From the NCBI GenBank assembly GCA_020891255.1, contig BQFW01000008.1, positions 682,001 to 746,000 on the forward strand: 64,000 bases of DNA, given 5' to 3'. The notes beneath the pieces are model-generated. The model made no database searches and was not told the DNA's origin. It saw only the letters and a program-made list of their open reading frames with translations. This document shows positions 13,577-23,776 of the stretch, in pieces. This stretch comes from Entomortierella parvispora E1425. Taxonomy: Eukaryota > Fungi > Mortierellomycota. Within the stretch, counting starts at the first letter, position 1, and each line of letters begins with the position of its first letter. Made by a program: the position numbers and the translations under genes.

Positions 13577-14361
13577 GGTTGTGGTTACTTGTTTTCTTGG
13601 GGGTAGTGGCGGATGTGGTGACGATCGTTTGAGGAGATGGCGAAGAGCTTGCTTGAGGTTTTGTATTATCAAACGAGAGAAGAGAAAATCGAACAGAAGG
13701 AAATGGGTCGACTTTTTATACCTTCTTGCAGCTGCGGGTTCTCTTTCATGCTTATCAATGAGCTTGAACGTAATTCAGGCACCGCTGGCCGTCAAAAGAC
13801 GTTCTGCTCTGCATTGTTGTTGAGCATTGACCCATGCGTTGACTCGGTATGAGGCAATTTGGCTATCAACCGCGCACAAAGGGTTTTCATATCTAGAAGT
13901 TCAGTCGGCAATTGAAGACGCAGAAGGCTCTCGGTGACGTTTTTTTCATTTTTTTTTTTTTTTTTTAGAGTTGAGGACAATCGGCGATGTCCTTTCCTCG
14001 GTTGGATGCAACAAACAAATTGGTCCATGCCATGACGGGTTGCAAGAGATGTTGTCAACTTCGCTAGTGGGCATGAGATGCAGGACATCCATACAGCTGA
14101 GGGGAGGATTCATGGACAACCGCTGATGAAAACAACCCCAGCAATTGAAGGATAGATGCGACATTCTGGAGGACAAGAGACTGGATGACGGTCAAATTCA
14201 AAAGGAAGGTTGATGTAGTTGGCAATGCAGAAAGTGTTGTTTTTATTCACAGTGGGGTATTGCTCATGCAAGATGGTATTGTACAAAAGTGATGATTGAA
14301 ATGCAAGAGGGTATGAAGGGGTTTGACGTGAGGCAATCCTCAGAGAGGAAGAGAGTCCTCT

Positions 14362-14559
14362 TTACATGCGGATGTTGCCGTGGAAGATGGTCGAGCTAGT
14401 AGCACCGAGAGACTTTTCCATGGCAATCTGGATTGCTTGTTCCCTGGTCATCTTGGTGGGCTGGGCTGGGCGAGCTCCATCAACTGAGGAGCGAGGAGTC
14501 TGAGCTGGCGTAGAGGCAGCAGAGGCAGACTGGTTCTTGGACGACTTGAAGAAAGACAT
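14362..14559 (-). CDS. Microprotein family, type A (65 aa, ends STIFHGNIRM)
   Basis: ACAACC-ATG context, TATA box upstream, near-identical to many copies. Confidence 0.85.
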   Translation of the reverse strand: MSFFKSSKNQSASAASTPAQTPRSSVDGARPAQPTKMTREQAIQIAMEKSLGATSSTIFHGNIRM

Positions 14560-15151
14560 GGTTGTAGTTGTTTGCTTGCTTGGGCGAAGGTTGCTGTTGA
14601 GGCGGGTTGTTGTGGCTTGGTTGCTGGCTTGTTGAGTGAAGAGAAGAGGGATGAGCGAGGATGGTCCTTGCATTTATACGAGTGGCCCACGCTTTCTTAA
14701 TCTCGCAGGGTCTTCCAGAAGAAACGCACTTCCATGTTGACTTCCATACTTGGCATCCTTGTGCGTCCCAACCTTGAATTTCTATTTCTTGGCTTTCTCC
14801 GCCTCTGCGGCAACGGCCAAGAGGGACAAAAGAGAGTAAACATTTCATCATTGAGAGCAGCGCGGCAAAAAGCGAAAAGCAAAAATTGAGGGACCGATCT
14901 GGACCCGATGGATTGTTCCTGGAAAAGACGAAGAAAACATGGCCCTTGCTCCAACGAGGGTGCATCCGTGCTGCGGTTGTTCAATTGAGCCAAGATTGGG
15001 ATTGCGGATCGGAGGAGAGAAAAGGTATAAAAGAGATCCTCACCCCCCCCGCTCCTTTTTTTTTCTTCACTCACACAACCAAGCAACAACCAAGCAAACA
15101 ACAACTCGCCTCAACAGCAACCCTCACCCAAGCAAGCAAACAACTACAACC
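14560..15151. promoter_or_regulatory. Bidirectional spacer, short class S
   Basis: TATAAATGCAAGG faces the left gene and TATAAAAGAGATCC the right gene; GCCAAG at 14749, 14788, 14816, 14989. Confidence 0.7.
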
Positions 15152-15349
15152 ATGTCCTTCTTCAAGTCTTCCAAGAACCAGTCTGCCTCTGCTGCTTCGA
15201 CCCCAGCTCAGACCCCTCGCTCTTCAGTTGATGGAGCTCGCCCAGCACAGCCCACCAAGATGACCAGGGAACAAGCAATCCAGATCGCCATGGAAAAGTC
15301 TCTCGGTGCCACCAGCTCGACTGTCTTCCATGGAAACATCCGCCTGTAA
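15152..15349 (+). CDS. Microprotein family, type A (65 aa, ends STVFHGNIRL)
   Basis: Family sequence; protein identical to the copies at 17671 and 25325. Confidence 0.85.
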   Translation: MSFFKSSKNQSASAASTPAQTPRSSVDGARPAQPTKMTREQAIQIAMEKSLGATSSTVFHGNIRL

Positions 15350-15920
15350 AGAGAACTCATTTCTCTCCGAGGATCGCCTCACGTCAAGTCCCAAATCATA
15401 CCCTCTTGCATTCCAACCATCACTTCTGTACAACATCATCTTGCATCGGCAATAGCCCTTCGTGAATAAAAACACCTCTGCATTGCCAACTACAAACCTG
15501 CCTGTTTCGTGTTGAATATGACCTTCATCCAGTCTTTTGCATTTCCGTGATTTTTTTCTCCACAAGTACATCGCATCCACAATCCAATTGCTGCGTGCAA
15601 TCTTCATCCGTGTCTTCCTCATCTCTTCCCTTGGTAATCACATTCACAACCATCGAGTTAATTGAGAGATCTCAACAATGGCACTATGATACTTGAACAG
15701 CAACTGTTCTGTACGTGGCACTTGCATGTCTTTGATATATTTTCCACCTAATGGCTGCCAACACCACCTTGGTCATTTGAGAGAAAGTTTTTTTTTTTTT
15801 TGTGAGATCAAGTCGCACTTTTATTGTTCGGTCTTGAAGATGCAGGATATGGTACAGTTGGTATTAAGAGGTAGATGCAATATGGAGTATTAAGGTGGGA
15901 GAGTCAACTGGTCATCCAAT

Positions 15921-16109
15921 TTAAAGGTGGATGTTGCCAGACATGGCAATGGGGCCAATGGACTTGCTCACGGCCATCTTGATAGCGTCTTCCTTGGTCA
16001 TCTTGGTGGGTTGGGCTGGGCGAGATCCATCAACCGAGGTGCGAGGAGTCTGGGCTGGGGTGGAAGCAGCAGAGGCGGACTGGTTCTTGGAAGACTTGAA
16101 GAAAGACAT
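15921..16109 (-). CDS. Microprotein family, type B (62 aa, ends PIAMSGNIHL)
   Basis: Family sequence; protein identical to the copy at 24561. Confidence 0.85.
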   Translation of the reverse strand: MSFFKSSKNQSASAASTPAQTPRTSVDGSRPAQPTKMTKEDAIKMAVSKSIGPIAMSGNIHL

Positions 16110-16898
16110 GGTTGTGTTTTTTTATTTGTTTGGGTGAGTGGAGGTTGCTGTTGAGGCAGATTTTGTTGCTTGGTTGTTGCTTGGTTGGTTGAGTGAAGAA
16201 AAGAGGAAGGTGGTGGCAGACAGCGTCGTTGTATTTATACAGGATCAACTTCTTCTAAATCCGTCTTGGCCATGGATCCTTCCAGCAAACAGTCGAAGGC
16301 ACTTTGCCTTCTTTCCAATCTTGGCATGCTTGGGTGGTTCGTGTGAATTTCACTCAACCCTAAAAAAAAAACACCGACTCCGCCTGCCGATGGCCGTTGC
16401 GCGCCTCTCCAAAGTCCGCGCAGCACGGATGCCCCCGCACCCGTCGACGTTCGTGCCCAAATCAGTCGCACAACCGACGGCCAAGAACGGGGAGATCATT
16501 TCGAGGGAAAAGGAGGAAGGAAGGGAGAATAAGCATTTCATCATTGAGAGCCACGCAGCAGAAATGAATTTCAGACACCGATCTGACGAGAGATGACCTG
16601 TGAGGCATTTGTCATAGTCGACTCTGCTTCGATGGATTTTTCTGCTGCGACGTTCCTTGGAGAAGGAGGCGGGGTGAACATGGCCCATGCTCAAATGAGG
16701 GGTTCATCCGTGGCGCGGCAGTTCATCTTCACCAAGAATAGTCCCGTGGATCGGGATCACACAAAAGTATAAAGACCTTCATCCCCCTCTCTGGTTTTTT
16801 TTTCTTCACTCACAACAAACATCACTCAGCAACTCCCAAACAACCAAGCAACCAAGCTCTCTCAAGAACTTCCACCCAACCAACCAACAACCATAACC
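16110..16898. promoter_or_regulatory. Bidirectional spacer, long class L
   Basis: TATAAATAC faces the left gene and TATAAAGACC the right gene; GCCAAG at 16265, 16320, 16480. Confidence 0.7.
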
Positions 16899-17087
16899 AT
16901 GTCCTTCTTCAAGTCCTCCAAGAACCAGTCTGCCTCTGCTGCTTCCACCCCAGCCCAGACTCCTCGCACCTCGGTTGATGGATCTCGCCCAGCCCAACCC
17001 ACCAAGATGACCAAGGAAGACGCTATCAAGATGGCCGCGAGCAAGTCTATTGGCCCTATTGCCATGTCTGGCAACATCCACCTTTAA
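16899..17087 (+). CDS. Microprotein family, type B (62 aa)
   Basis: Family sequence with TATA box and A/C-rich leader. Confidence 0.85.
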   Translation: MSFFKSSKNQSASAASTPAQTPRTSVDGSRPAQPTKMTKEDAIKMAASKSIGPIAMSGNIHL

Positions 17088-17670
17088 ATTGGATGACCAG
17101 TTGACTCTCCCACCTTAATACCCCATATTGCATCTACCTCTTAATACCAACTGTACCATATCCTGCATCTTCAAGACCGAACAATAAAGGCGCGACTTGA
17201 TCTCATAAAAAACCCCTTTTTCTCTCAGATGACTAATGTGATGTTGGCAGCCACTACTTGGAAAGTAATGATAAGACATGCAAGTCCCACGTAGAAAACA
17301 ATTACTTTTCACGTATCGTAGTGCTACTGTCGAGATCTCACAATCGCCAATGATTAACTCGATGGTTGAGAATTTGCAGTTACCAAGGGAAGATGAGGAC
17401 GATACGGATGAAGATTGTTTGTAGGCAGCAATTGAATTGTGGATGTGATGCGCCTGTGGAGAAAAAACTCGCGGAGAAGCAAAAGGTTGGAAGAAGGTCA
17501 TATTCCAAATAAAACAGGCTGGTTTGTAGTTGGCAATGCAAGGGTGTTTTTATTCACGAAGGGCTATTGCTCATGCAAGATGATGTTGTACAAAAGTGAT
17601 GGTTGGAATGCAAGCGGGTATGATTTTGGGTCTTGACGTGAGGCGATCCTCGGAGAGAAATGAGTCCTCT

Positions 17671-17868
17671 TTACAGGCGGATGTTTCCATGGAAGACAGT
17701 CGAGCTGGTGGCACCGAGAGACTTTTCCATGGCGATCTGGATTGCTTGTTCCCTGGTCATCTTGGTGGGCTGGGCTGGGCGAGCTCCATCAACTGAAGAG
17801 CGAGGGGTCTGAGCTGGGGTCGAAGCAGCAGAGGCAGACTGGTTCTTGGACGACTTGAAGAAGGACAT
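17671..17868 (-). CDS. Microprotein family, type A (65 aa)
   Basis: Family sequence. Confidence 0.85.
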   Translation of the reverse strand: MSFFKSSKNQSASAASTPAQTPRSSVDGARPAQPTKMTREQAIQIAMEKSLGATSSTVFHGNIRL

Positions 17869-18490
17869 GGTTGTAGTTGTTTGCTTGCTTGGGTGAGGGT
17901 TGCTGTTGAGGCGAGTTGTTGTTGCTTGGTTGTTGCTTGGTTGTGTGAGTGAAGAAAAAAAAGGAGCGGGGGGGGTGAGGATCTCTTTTATACGTTTTCT
18001 CTCCTCCGATCCGCAATCCCAATCTTGGCTCAATTGAACAACCGCAGCACGGATTCATCCTCGTTGGAGCAAGGGCCATGTTTTCTTCGTCTTTTCCAGG
18101 AACAATCCATCGCTTCCAAATGCCTCACTCATCGTTTGTCAGATCGGTCCCTTAATTTTTGCTTTTCGCTTTTTGCCGCGCTGCTCTCAATGATGAAATG
18201 TTTACTCTTTGGCGTCTTTTGTCCCTCTTGGCCGTTGCCGCAGAGGCGGAGAAAGCCAAGAAATAGAAATTCAAGGTTGGGACGCACAAGGATGCCAAGT
18301 ATGGAAGTCAACATGGAAGTGCGTTTCTTCTGGAAGACCCTGGGAGATTAAGAAAGCGTGGGCCACTCGTATAAATGCAAGGACCATCCTCGCTCATCCC
18401 TCTTCTCTTCACTCACACAACCAAGCAACACCAAGCAACAAAATCTGCCTCAACAGCAACCTCCACCCACTCACCCAAACAACTACAACC
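17869..18490. promoter_or_regulatory. Bidirectional spacer class S, inverted relative to 14560-15151
   Basis: Reverse-complement homolog of the first S spacer. Confidence 0.7.
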
Positions 18491-18688
18491 ATGTCTTTCT
18501 TCAAGTCTTCCAAGAACCAATCTGCCTCTGCTGCCTCCACCCCAGCCCAGACTCCTCGCACCTCAGTTGATGGAGCTCGCCCAGCCCAGCCCACCAAGAT
18601 GACCAGGGAACAAGCAATCCAGATTGCCATGGAAAAGTCTCTCGGTGCTACTAGCTCGACCATCTTCCACGGCAACATCCGCATGTAA
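18491..18688 (+). CDS. Microprotein family, type A (65 aa)
   Basis: Family sequence; the 5' leader is of the kind otherwise found on L spacers (mosaic). Confidence 0.85.
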   Translation: MSFFKSSKNQSASAASTPAQTPRTSVDGARPAQPTKMTREQAIQIAMEKSLGATSSTIFHGNIRM

Positions 18689-18931
18689 AGAGGACTCATT
18701 CCTCTCCGAGGACCGCCTCGCGTCTCGTCCCTAATCATACCCTCTTGCATTCCAACCATCATTTTTGTATAATACTTTCTTGCATGATCAATTGCACTCG
18801 TGAATAAACCACTTAGCATTGTCAACCACCAAACACACAAAAAGAGTAATGACGACTATGATATGCATTTCTTTTTAACTACAACGAACGACAAGCAAAC
18901 GAGAGTTTACAGAAGGGTGTACGGTCTGTTG

Positions 18932-20725
18932 CTACCAGCTCAGGAAGAGCGGGTCTCCCTCCATGGTCATACTCATAACTTCACACTTTGAAATGTTCAC
19001 CCGGGGCTTCAAGTATTTTGCAGCTTGGCTATCTAAAACAAACCCTTCCAGTGACTCCAAAAAGAGCCACTCCCTGAGCGCAAACCAGGCTTCTTCCTCG
19101 CTCCAAAGAGCACGTCGGTTGAACGTTCCCTCCAGTATTCGCAGGCGCCGCAGCGCTCGCAGCTGATCAAGGCCGTGCTCTTGAGTCAACATGAGGACGT
19201 GCTGGCGGCATTCGGTGTAGTCTACGTCGTTTGAGTTGTAGGTTTCTGTAAACGGTTCATACACAAAGTCCTCATCAAACGGCAATCGCTCGCGCTGTGT
19301 AAAGGCCATGGCTAGACTCAGTTCTTCGAGCTGAGTTAACGTGGACAGACGTGATAAGAAAGCAGGCTCGGTTCCCCATCGAGTCCCTACGAATGCAAGG
19401 GTCAACTCTTTCATCCGACGACATACCCAAGGTCGATCATCCTCTAAAAAGTTGACGTCCTTGATGTAGTCCGCTTTGAATATCTGGAGATTTGGTAATG
19501 AGCAGAGGATATTTTGGACAGTCTCTCCTGTGAGTTCAGTGCATTGTTGTACGTCCACTTGCGTGAGAGACTCTAAATGATGCGCCACGTCGTCCTGGAA
19601 TAACTTCCAGTGGGATCCATTGAAGTTGGTCGCACTCAGGTCCAGTCCGGCAAGAGATCTGATGGACTGGATGACTTTTCGGAAATCGGCATCATCAAAC
19701 TTGGCCTTAGGGAGTTCAAGACGCTCAAGTCTCTGGAGGCGTTCAGGAGGAAGCTCAGATGCACTGGCCTTTGCCAAAATAGCCATTGGCACATTCTTGT
19801 GTCCTGATTCGTCTTTGATCGTCCATTTCAGCCGTGTCAACTCTGGACTCTTTCGGACCAGGAACAAAGGGAGATTGGCGTAGGCTTCCTCCATCACCTC
19901 GCCCGTGTCCAGATCCAGCTCCTGGATCTTAGTCGGTCCAATATTACTCAAGAGCTCAACAAGTTTCCTGTAAATAGGCGGCTCCCTCCATTTCCTGAGA
20001 TCTTCGTACCAGGTCCTGTACAAGGCCAGTGATCGTAATCTCGACAAAAATTCGCCAAACTCTGTAGCCCATTTTTCGAGCCCAGGGTCCGCCTTTCCTC
20101 CCACCATGTTTAGAATGGATTGCCGGTCCGCAAACATAGCCGCAATGTCCAGTCGTTCCAGTTTTTTGCAGGCAATGATGGCATCCAGGAGCGGGGGAGC
20201 CAAGTACCCGTTGAATGTCAGAGACTTGAGGCAATTGGAGTGGTTGCGGATTAGCCTCACCATGGATTTTTCGGCACGGTTAAACTCGCGCTTGTCCCAC
20301 AAGTTTTCTCCTTCCGGGATACATGAGCTGGATCGTTCGACTTCTAGTTCTTCGAGATTGGGACATATGATATCTTGCCCCGTGGGGAACATGACCGCAT
20401 CCTCCACAGGTAGAATAAGCGTTTTGATATGTGCTGCATGTCTGATGAAGGTGCGGTGAGGAATGGCGACCAATTCGAATGCAATGAAGAGAGAGGTGGT
20501 GCGCCAGATCTTTGGGATGAAGGACTGATGCCAGCAGCGAGAGACACGGATGCATTGAAGGAGGCTGCCTTTGTCGAGGAAAACACCAATGCGCGCGAGA
20601 ATGGCGGGGTTGGCTAGAGGATGAACCTGGACAGCTGATGTACCAACTTGTTGTTGGTTCTGATGAGCCGGTGCGGGTCGAGGACGCATTGGCTCGACCC
20701 CTGGCTGTCGTCGCTTTGGTGGCAT
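18932..20725 (-). CDS. F-box / leucine-rich-repeat (RNI-like) protein, 597 aa, single exon
   Basis: N-terminal F-box-like HPLANPAILARIGVFLDKGSLLQCIRVSRCWHQSFIPKIW, followed by LxxLxL repeats. Confidence 0.8.
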   Translation of the reverse strand: MPPKRRQPGVEPMRPRPAPAHQNQQQVGTSAVQVHPLANPAILARIGVFLDKGSLLQCIRVSRCWHQSFIPKIWRTTSLFIAFELVAIPHRTFIRHAAHIKTLILPVEDAVMFPTGQDIICPNLEELEVERSSSCIPEGENLWDKREFNRAEKSMVRLIRNHSNCLKSLTFNGYLAPPLLDAIIACKKLERLDIAAMFADRQSILNMVGGKADPGLEKWATEFGEFLSRLRSLALYRTWYEDLRKWREPPIYRKLVELLSNIGPTKIQELDLDTGEVMEEAYANLPLFLVRKSPELTRLKWTIKDESGHKNVPMAILAKASASELPPERLQRLERLELPKAKFDDADFRKVIQSIRSLAGLDLSATNFNGSHWKLFQDDVAHHLESLTQVDVQQCTELTGETVQNILCSLPNLQIFKADYIKDVNFLEDDRPWVCRRMKELTLAFVGTRWGTEPAFLSRLSTLTQLEELSLAMAFTQRERLPFDEDFVYEPFTETYNSNDVDYTECRQHVLMLTQEHGLDQLRALRRLRILEGTFNRRALWSEEEAWFALREWLFLESLEGFVLDSQAAKYLKPRVNISKCEVMSMTMEGDPLFLSW

Positions 20726-21342
20726 GGAGGGTGATTGAATGGAATGGTGAATGGAGCATCCAAGAGCATCAAAGAAGAGACAGGAAAAGGGTGAAAAATA
20801 CCCACGCGGTGTCGCGTATCGTCCGTCGCACGCGCCAAGGGTTGATTCGCTCGCGGTCAGTCGGGTCCCGGCCTCTCAGATGTGAATATGGCATGCAGCA
20901 GTTTTATCCACACGCGCGAATTGCAGTTACGGAGTCAGAGGGGACCGTCGGGGGACATGAACATCTTCTACTCCTCTTACCGAGGATAGCGACTACGAGA
21001 CATATGGGAGGGGTCAGGTCACTTTGGTGCCAAGGCAACTCTCTTGGCTCTTTGCCCACGCCAAGGCACATTTTCACAGACAATTCTATCGACCTTCCTC
21101 CCTTCGTTGCTTCTTTTGGGCATCTCCCTCGCGATGCCCCCACTTCCACTCCCAGTACATGCCCAGCAATGCACTACTGTTCCCATGGATCCGGATGCAT
21201 CTCTGGAGGGACAAGACTATAAAAGTAGCGAGCCACCAGCAAATTCAATGGAAAACCATTAACTTCTTTCCTGCAGCAAGCATCACAACCCCGACATCAA
21301 GACCCCTCCTACTCAATTCTCCCTTCCTACAACAGATCAACA

Positions 21343-21570
21343 ATGCTTCTTTCCTGCTGTTGCGGCCCTCAGATGCCTCGCAAGTCCCGCTCTACTACTG
21401 GCCCATCGCACACAACAACACTCTCTTGGAACGGGTCCGGGTCCGAAAGCAGCTGGAGGACGAACGAGACCCGATCTGACGACATTCCCCTGGTGCACAA
21501 AATGCATTCTTCAAGGACAACTAGTTTAGCGTTCTCTACTGGCAAGAGATACAACGTCTTCGAGCGATAA
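21343..21570 (+). CDS. Putative 75-aa small protein with N-terminal CCC (MLLSCCCGPQ...)
   Basis: TATAAAAG ~125 nt upstream, A/C-rich leader, ACAATG context, AATAAA ~45 nt after the stop; no homology evidence. Confidence 0.45.
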   Translation: MLLSCCCGPQMPRKSRSTTGPSHTTTLSWNGSGSESSWRTNETRSDDIPLVHKMHSSRTTSLAFSTGKRYNVFER

Positions 21571-22042
21571 TGAAAAGACGACCGAGTCAGATCAGAGTGA
21601 ATAACTGTCTTCACGAATAAACAAAAACATGCCAGCTACACTATGAAATCAAGGACACAGAGTTACATGGCCTGTCCAACATCATTCTATTCAATGTCGG
21701 CGTCTCCTTGAGTTTCTAGACTCTTAGGTTTGCTCTATGATATTCTTTGATACATGATTTTTTCAGGCCCAACAGGTCAGTAATGAAAACATCCCCAGCA
21801 ATTGAAGGATGGATGCGGCATGCTCTCGGATAAGAGCTCATAGAGAAATAAGAGAAAGGTCAAGGATCATATCAAAAGTCAAACAGGATGGTTTTGTAGT
21901 TGGCAAAGCAAAAAAGTGTTTTATTTTCACGATAGGCTATTGCTCATGCAAGATGGTATTGTACAAAAGTGATGACTGAAATGCAAGAGGGTATGAAGGG
22001 GTTTTGACGTGAGGCAATCCTCAAAGAGGAAGAGAATCCTCT

Positions 22043-22240
22043 TTACATACGAATGTTGCCGTGAAAGATGGTCGAGCGGGTGGCACCGAGAGACTTTTCC
22101 ATGGCAATCTGGATTGCTTGTTCCCTGGTCATCTTGGTGGGCTGGGTTGGGCGAGCTTCATCAACTGAGGAGCGGGGGGTCTGAGCTGGCGTAGAGGCTG
22201 CAGAGGCAGACTGGTTCTTGGACGACTTGAAGAAAGACAT
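22043..22240 (-). CDS. Microprotein family, type A (65 aa, ends RSTIFHGNIRM)
   Basis: Family sequence. Confidence 0.85.
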   Translation of the reverse strand: MSFFKSSKNQSASAASTPAQTPRSSVDEARPTQPTKMTREQAIQIAMEKSLGATRSTIFHGNIRM

Positions 22241-22863
22241 GGTTGTAGTTGTTTGCTTGCTTGGGTGAGGGTTGCTGTTGAGGCGGGTTGTTGTTGCTTG
22301 GTTGTTGCTTGGTTGTGTGAGTGAAGAGAAGAGGGATAAACGAGGATGGTCCTTGCATTTATACGAGTGGCCCACGCTTTCTTAATCTCGCAGGGTCTTC
22401 CAGGAAGAAACGCACTTCCATGTTGACTTCCATACTTGGCATCCTTGTGCGTCCCAACCTTGAATTTCTATTTCTTGGCTTTCTCCGCCTCTGCGGCAAC
22501 GGCCAAGAGGGACAAAAGACGCCAAAGAGTAAACATTTCATCATTGAGAGCAGCGCGGCAAAAAGCGAAAAGCAAAAATTAAGGGACCGATCTGACAAAC
22601 GATGAGTGAGGCATTTGGAAGCGATGGATTGTTCCTGGAAAAGACGAAGAAAACATGGCCCTTGCTCCAACGAGGATGAATCCGTGCTGCGGTTGTTCAA
22701 TTGAGCCAAGATTGGGATTGCGGATCGGAGGAGAGAAAAGGTATAAAAGAGATCCTCACCCCCTGCTCCTTTTTTTTCTTCACTCACACAACCAAGCAAC
22801 AACCATGCAACAACAACTCGTCTCAGCAGCAACCCTCAGCCAAGCACACATACATCTACAACC
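22241..22863. promoter_or_regulatory. Bidirectional spacer class S
   Basis: Homologous to 14560-15151; two outward-facing TATA boxes. Confidence 0.7.
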
Positions 22864-23055
22864 ATATCTTTCTTCAAGTCCTCCAAGAACCAGTCTGCTT
22901 CCGCTGCCTCTACCCCAGCTCAGACTCCCCGCTCCTCCATGGATGCCTCTCGTATCGGTGCACAAAAGATCAAGATGACCAAGGAAGAAGCTATCAAGAT
23001 GGCAGTGAGCAAGTCCATTGGCCCCATTGCCATGTCTGGCAACATCCACCTTTAA
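22864..23055 (+). pseudogene. Microprotein family, type C copy with start codon ATG>ATA
   Basis: ACAACC-ATA-TCTTTCTTCAAG in place of ATG; an out-of-frame upstream ATG at 22805; the rest of the frame is intact to GNIHL-stop. Confidence 0.75.
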
Positions 23056-23578
23056 ATCGGATCGCGAATTGACTCACTCCTTTCATACCCTTCTTGCATC
23101 TATCTCATAATATCCACTGTACCATATCTTGCATCTTCAAGACCGAATAATAAAATCGCAATTTGATCACATACAAAACCCTTCTGCGAACAAGCAACCT
23201 GCAATCCAAGTGATCCTTACTATAAACAGAGATCCTGTGAAGCGGTACAGCTACCAAGTCTACCCAATCGCCCTCTCCAACTCGGTCGTCATGCATGTGC
23301 TTGCTTGCAATTGTAAAGGGAGAATGCATGGACAAACGCTGATGAAAACAACCCCCAACAATTGAAGGATAGATGCGACATTCTTGAGGACAAGAGACTG
23401 GATGAAGGTCAAATTCAAAAGGAAGGTTGAAGTAGTTGGCAATGCAGAAAGTGTTGTTTTTATTCACAGTAGGCTATTGCTCATGCAAGATGGTATTGTA
23501 CAAAAGTGATGATTGAAATGCAAGAGGGTATGAAGGGGCTTGAAGTGAGACGATCCTCGGAGAGGAAGAGAGTCCTCT

Positions 23579-23776
23579 TTACATGCGGATGTTGCCGTGG
23601 AAGATGGCCGAGCGGGTGGCACCGAGAGACTTTTCCATGGCGATCTGGACTGCTTGTTCCCTGGTCATCTTGGTGGGCTGGACTGGGCGAGCTCCATCGA
23701 CTGAGGTACGAGGGGTCTGGGCTGGGGTGGAGGCAGCAGAGGCAGACTGGTTCTTGGGAGACTTGAAGAAAGACAT
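23579..23776 (-). CDS. Microprotein family, type A (65 aa, MSFFKSPK..., ends RSAIFHGNIRM)
   Basis: Family sequence. Confidence 0.85.
   Translation of the reverse strand: MSFFKSPKNQSASAASTPAQTPRTSVDGARPVQPTKMTREQAVQIAMEKSLGATRSAIFHGNIRM

Larger units (their letters stand above)
14260..18800. repeat. Imperfect inverted repeat (array 1), arms ~14260-16109 and 16899-~18800 around the L spacer (outer ends approximate)
   Basis: Mirror gene order A-S-A-tail-B | L | B-tail-A-S-A, with reverse-complement similarity and small indels. Confidence 0.8.
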
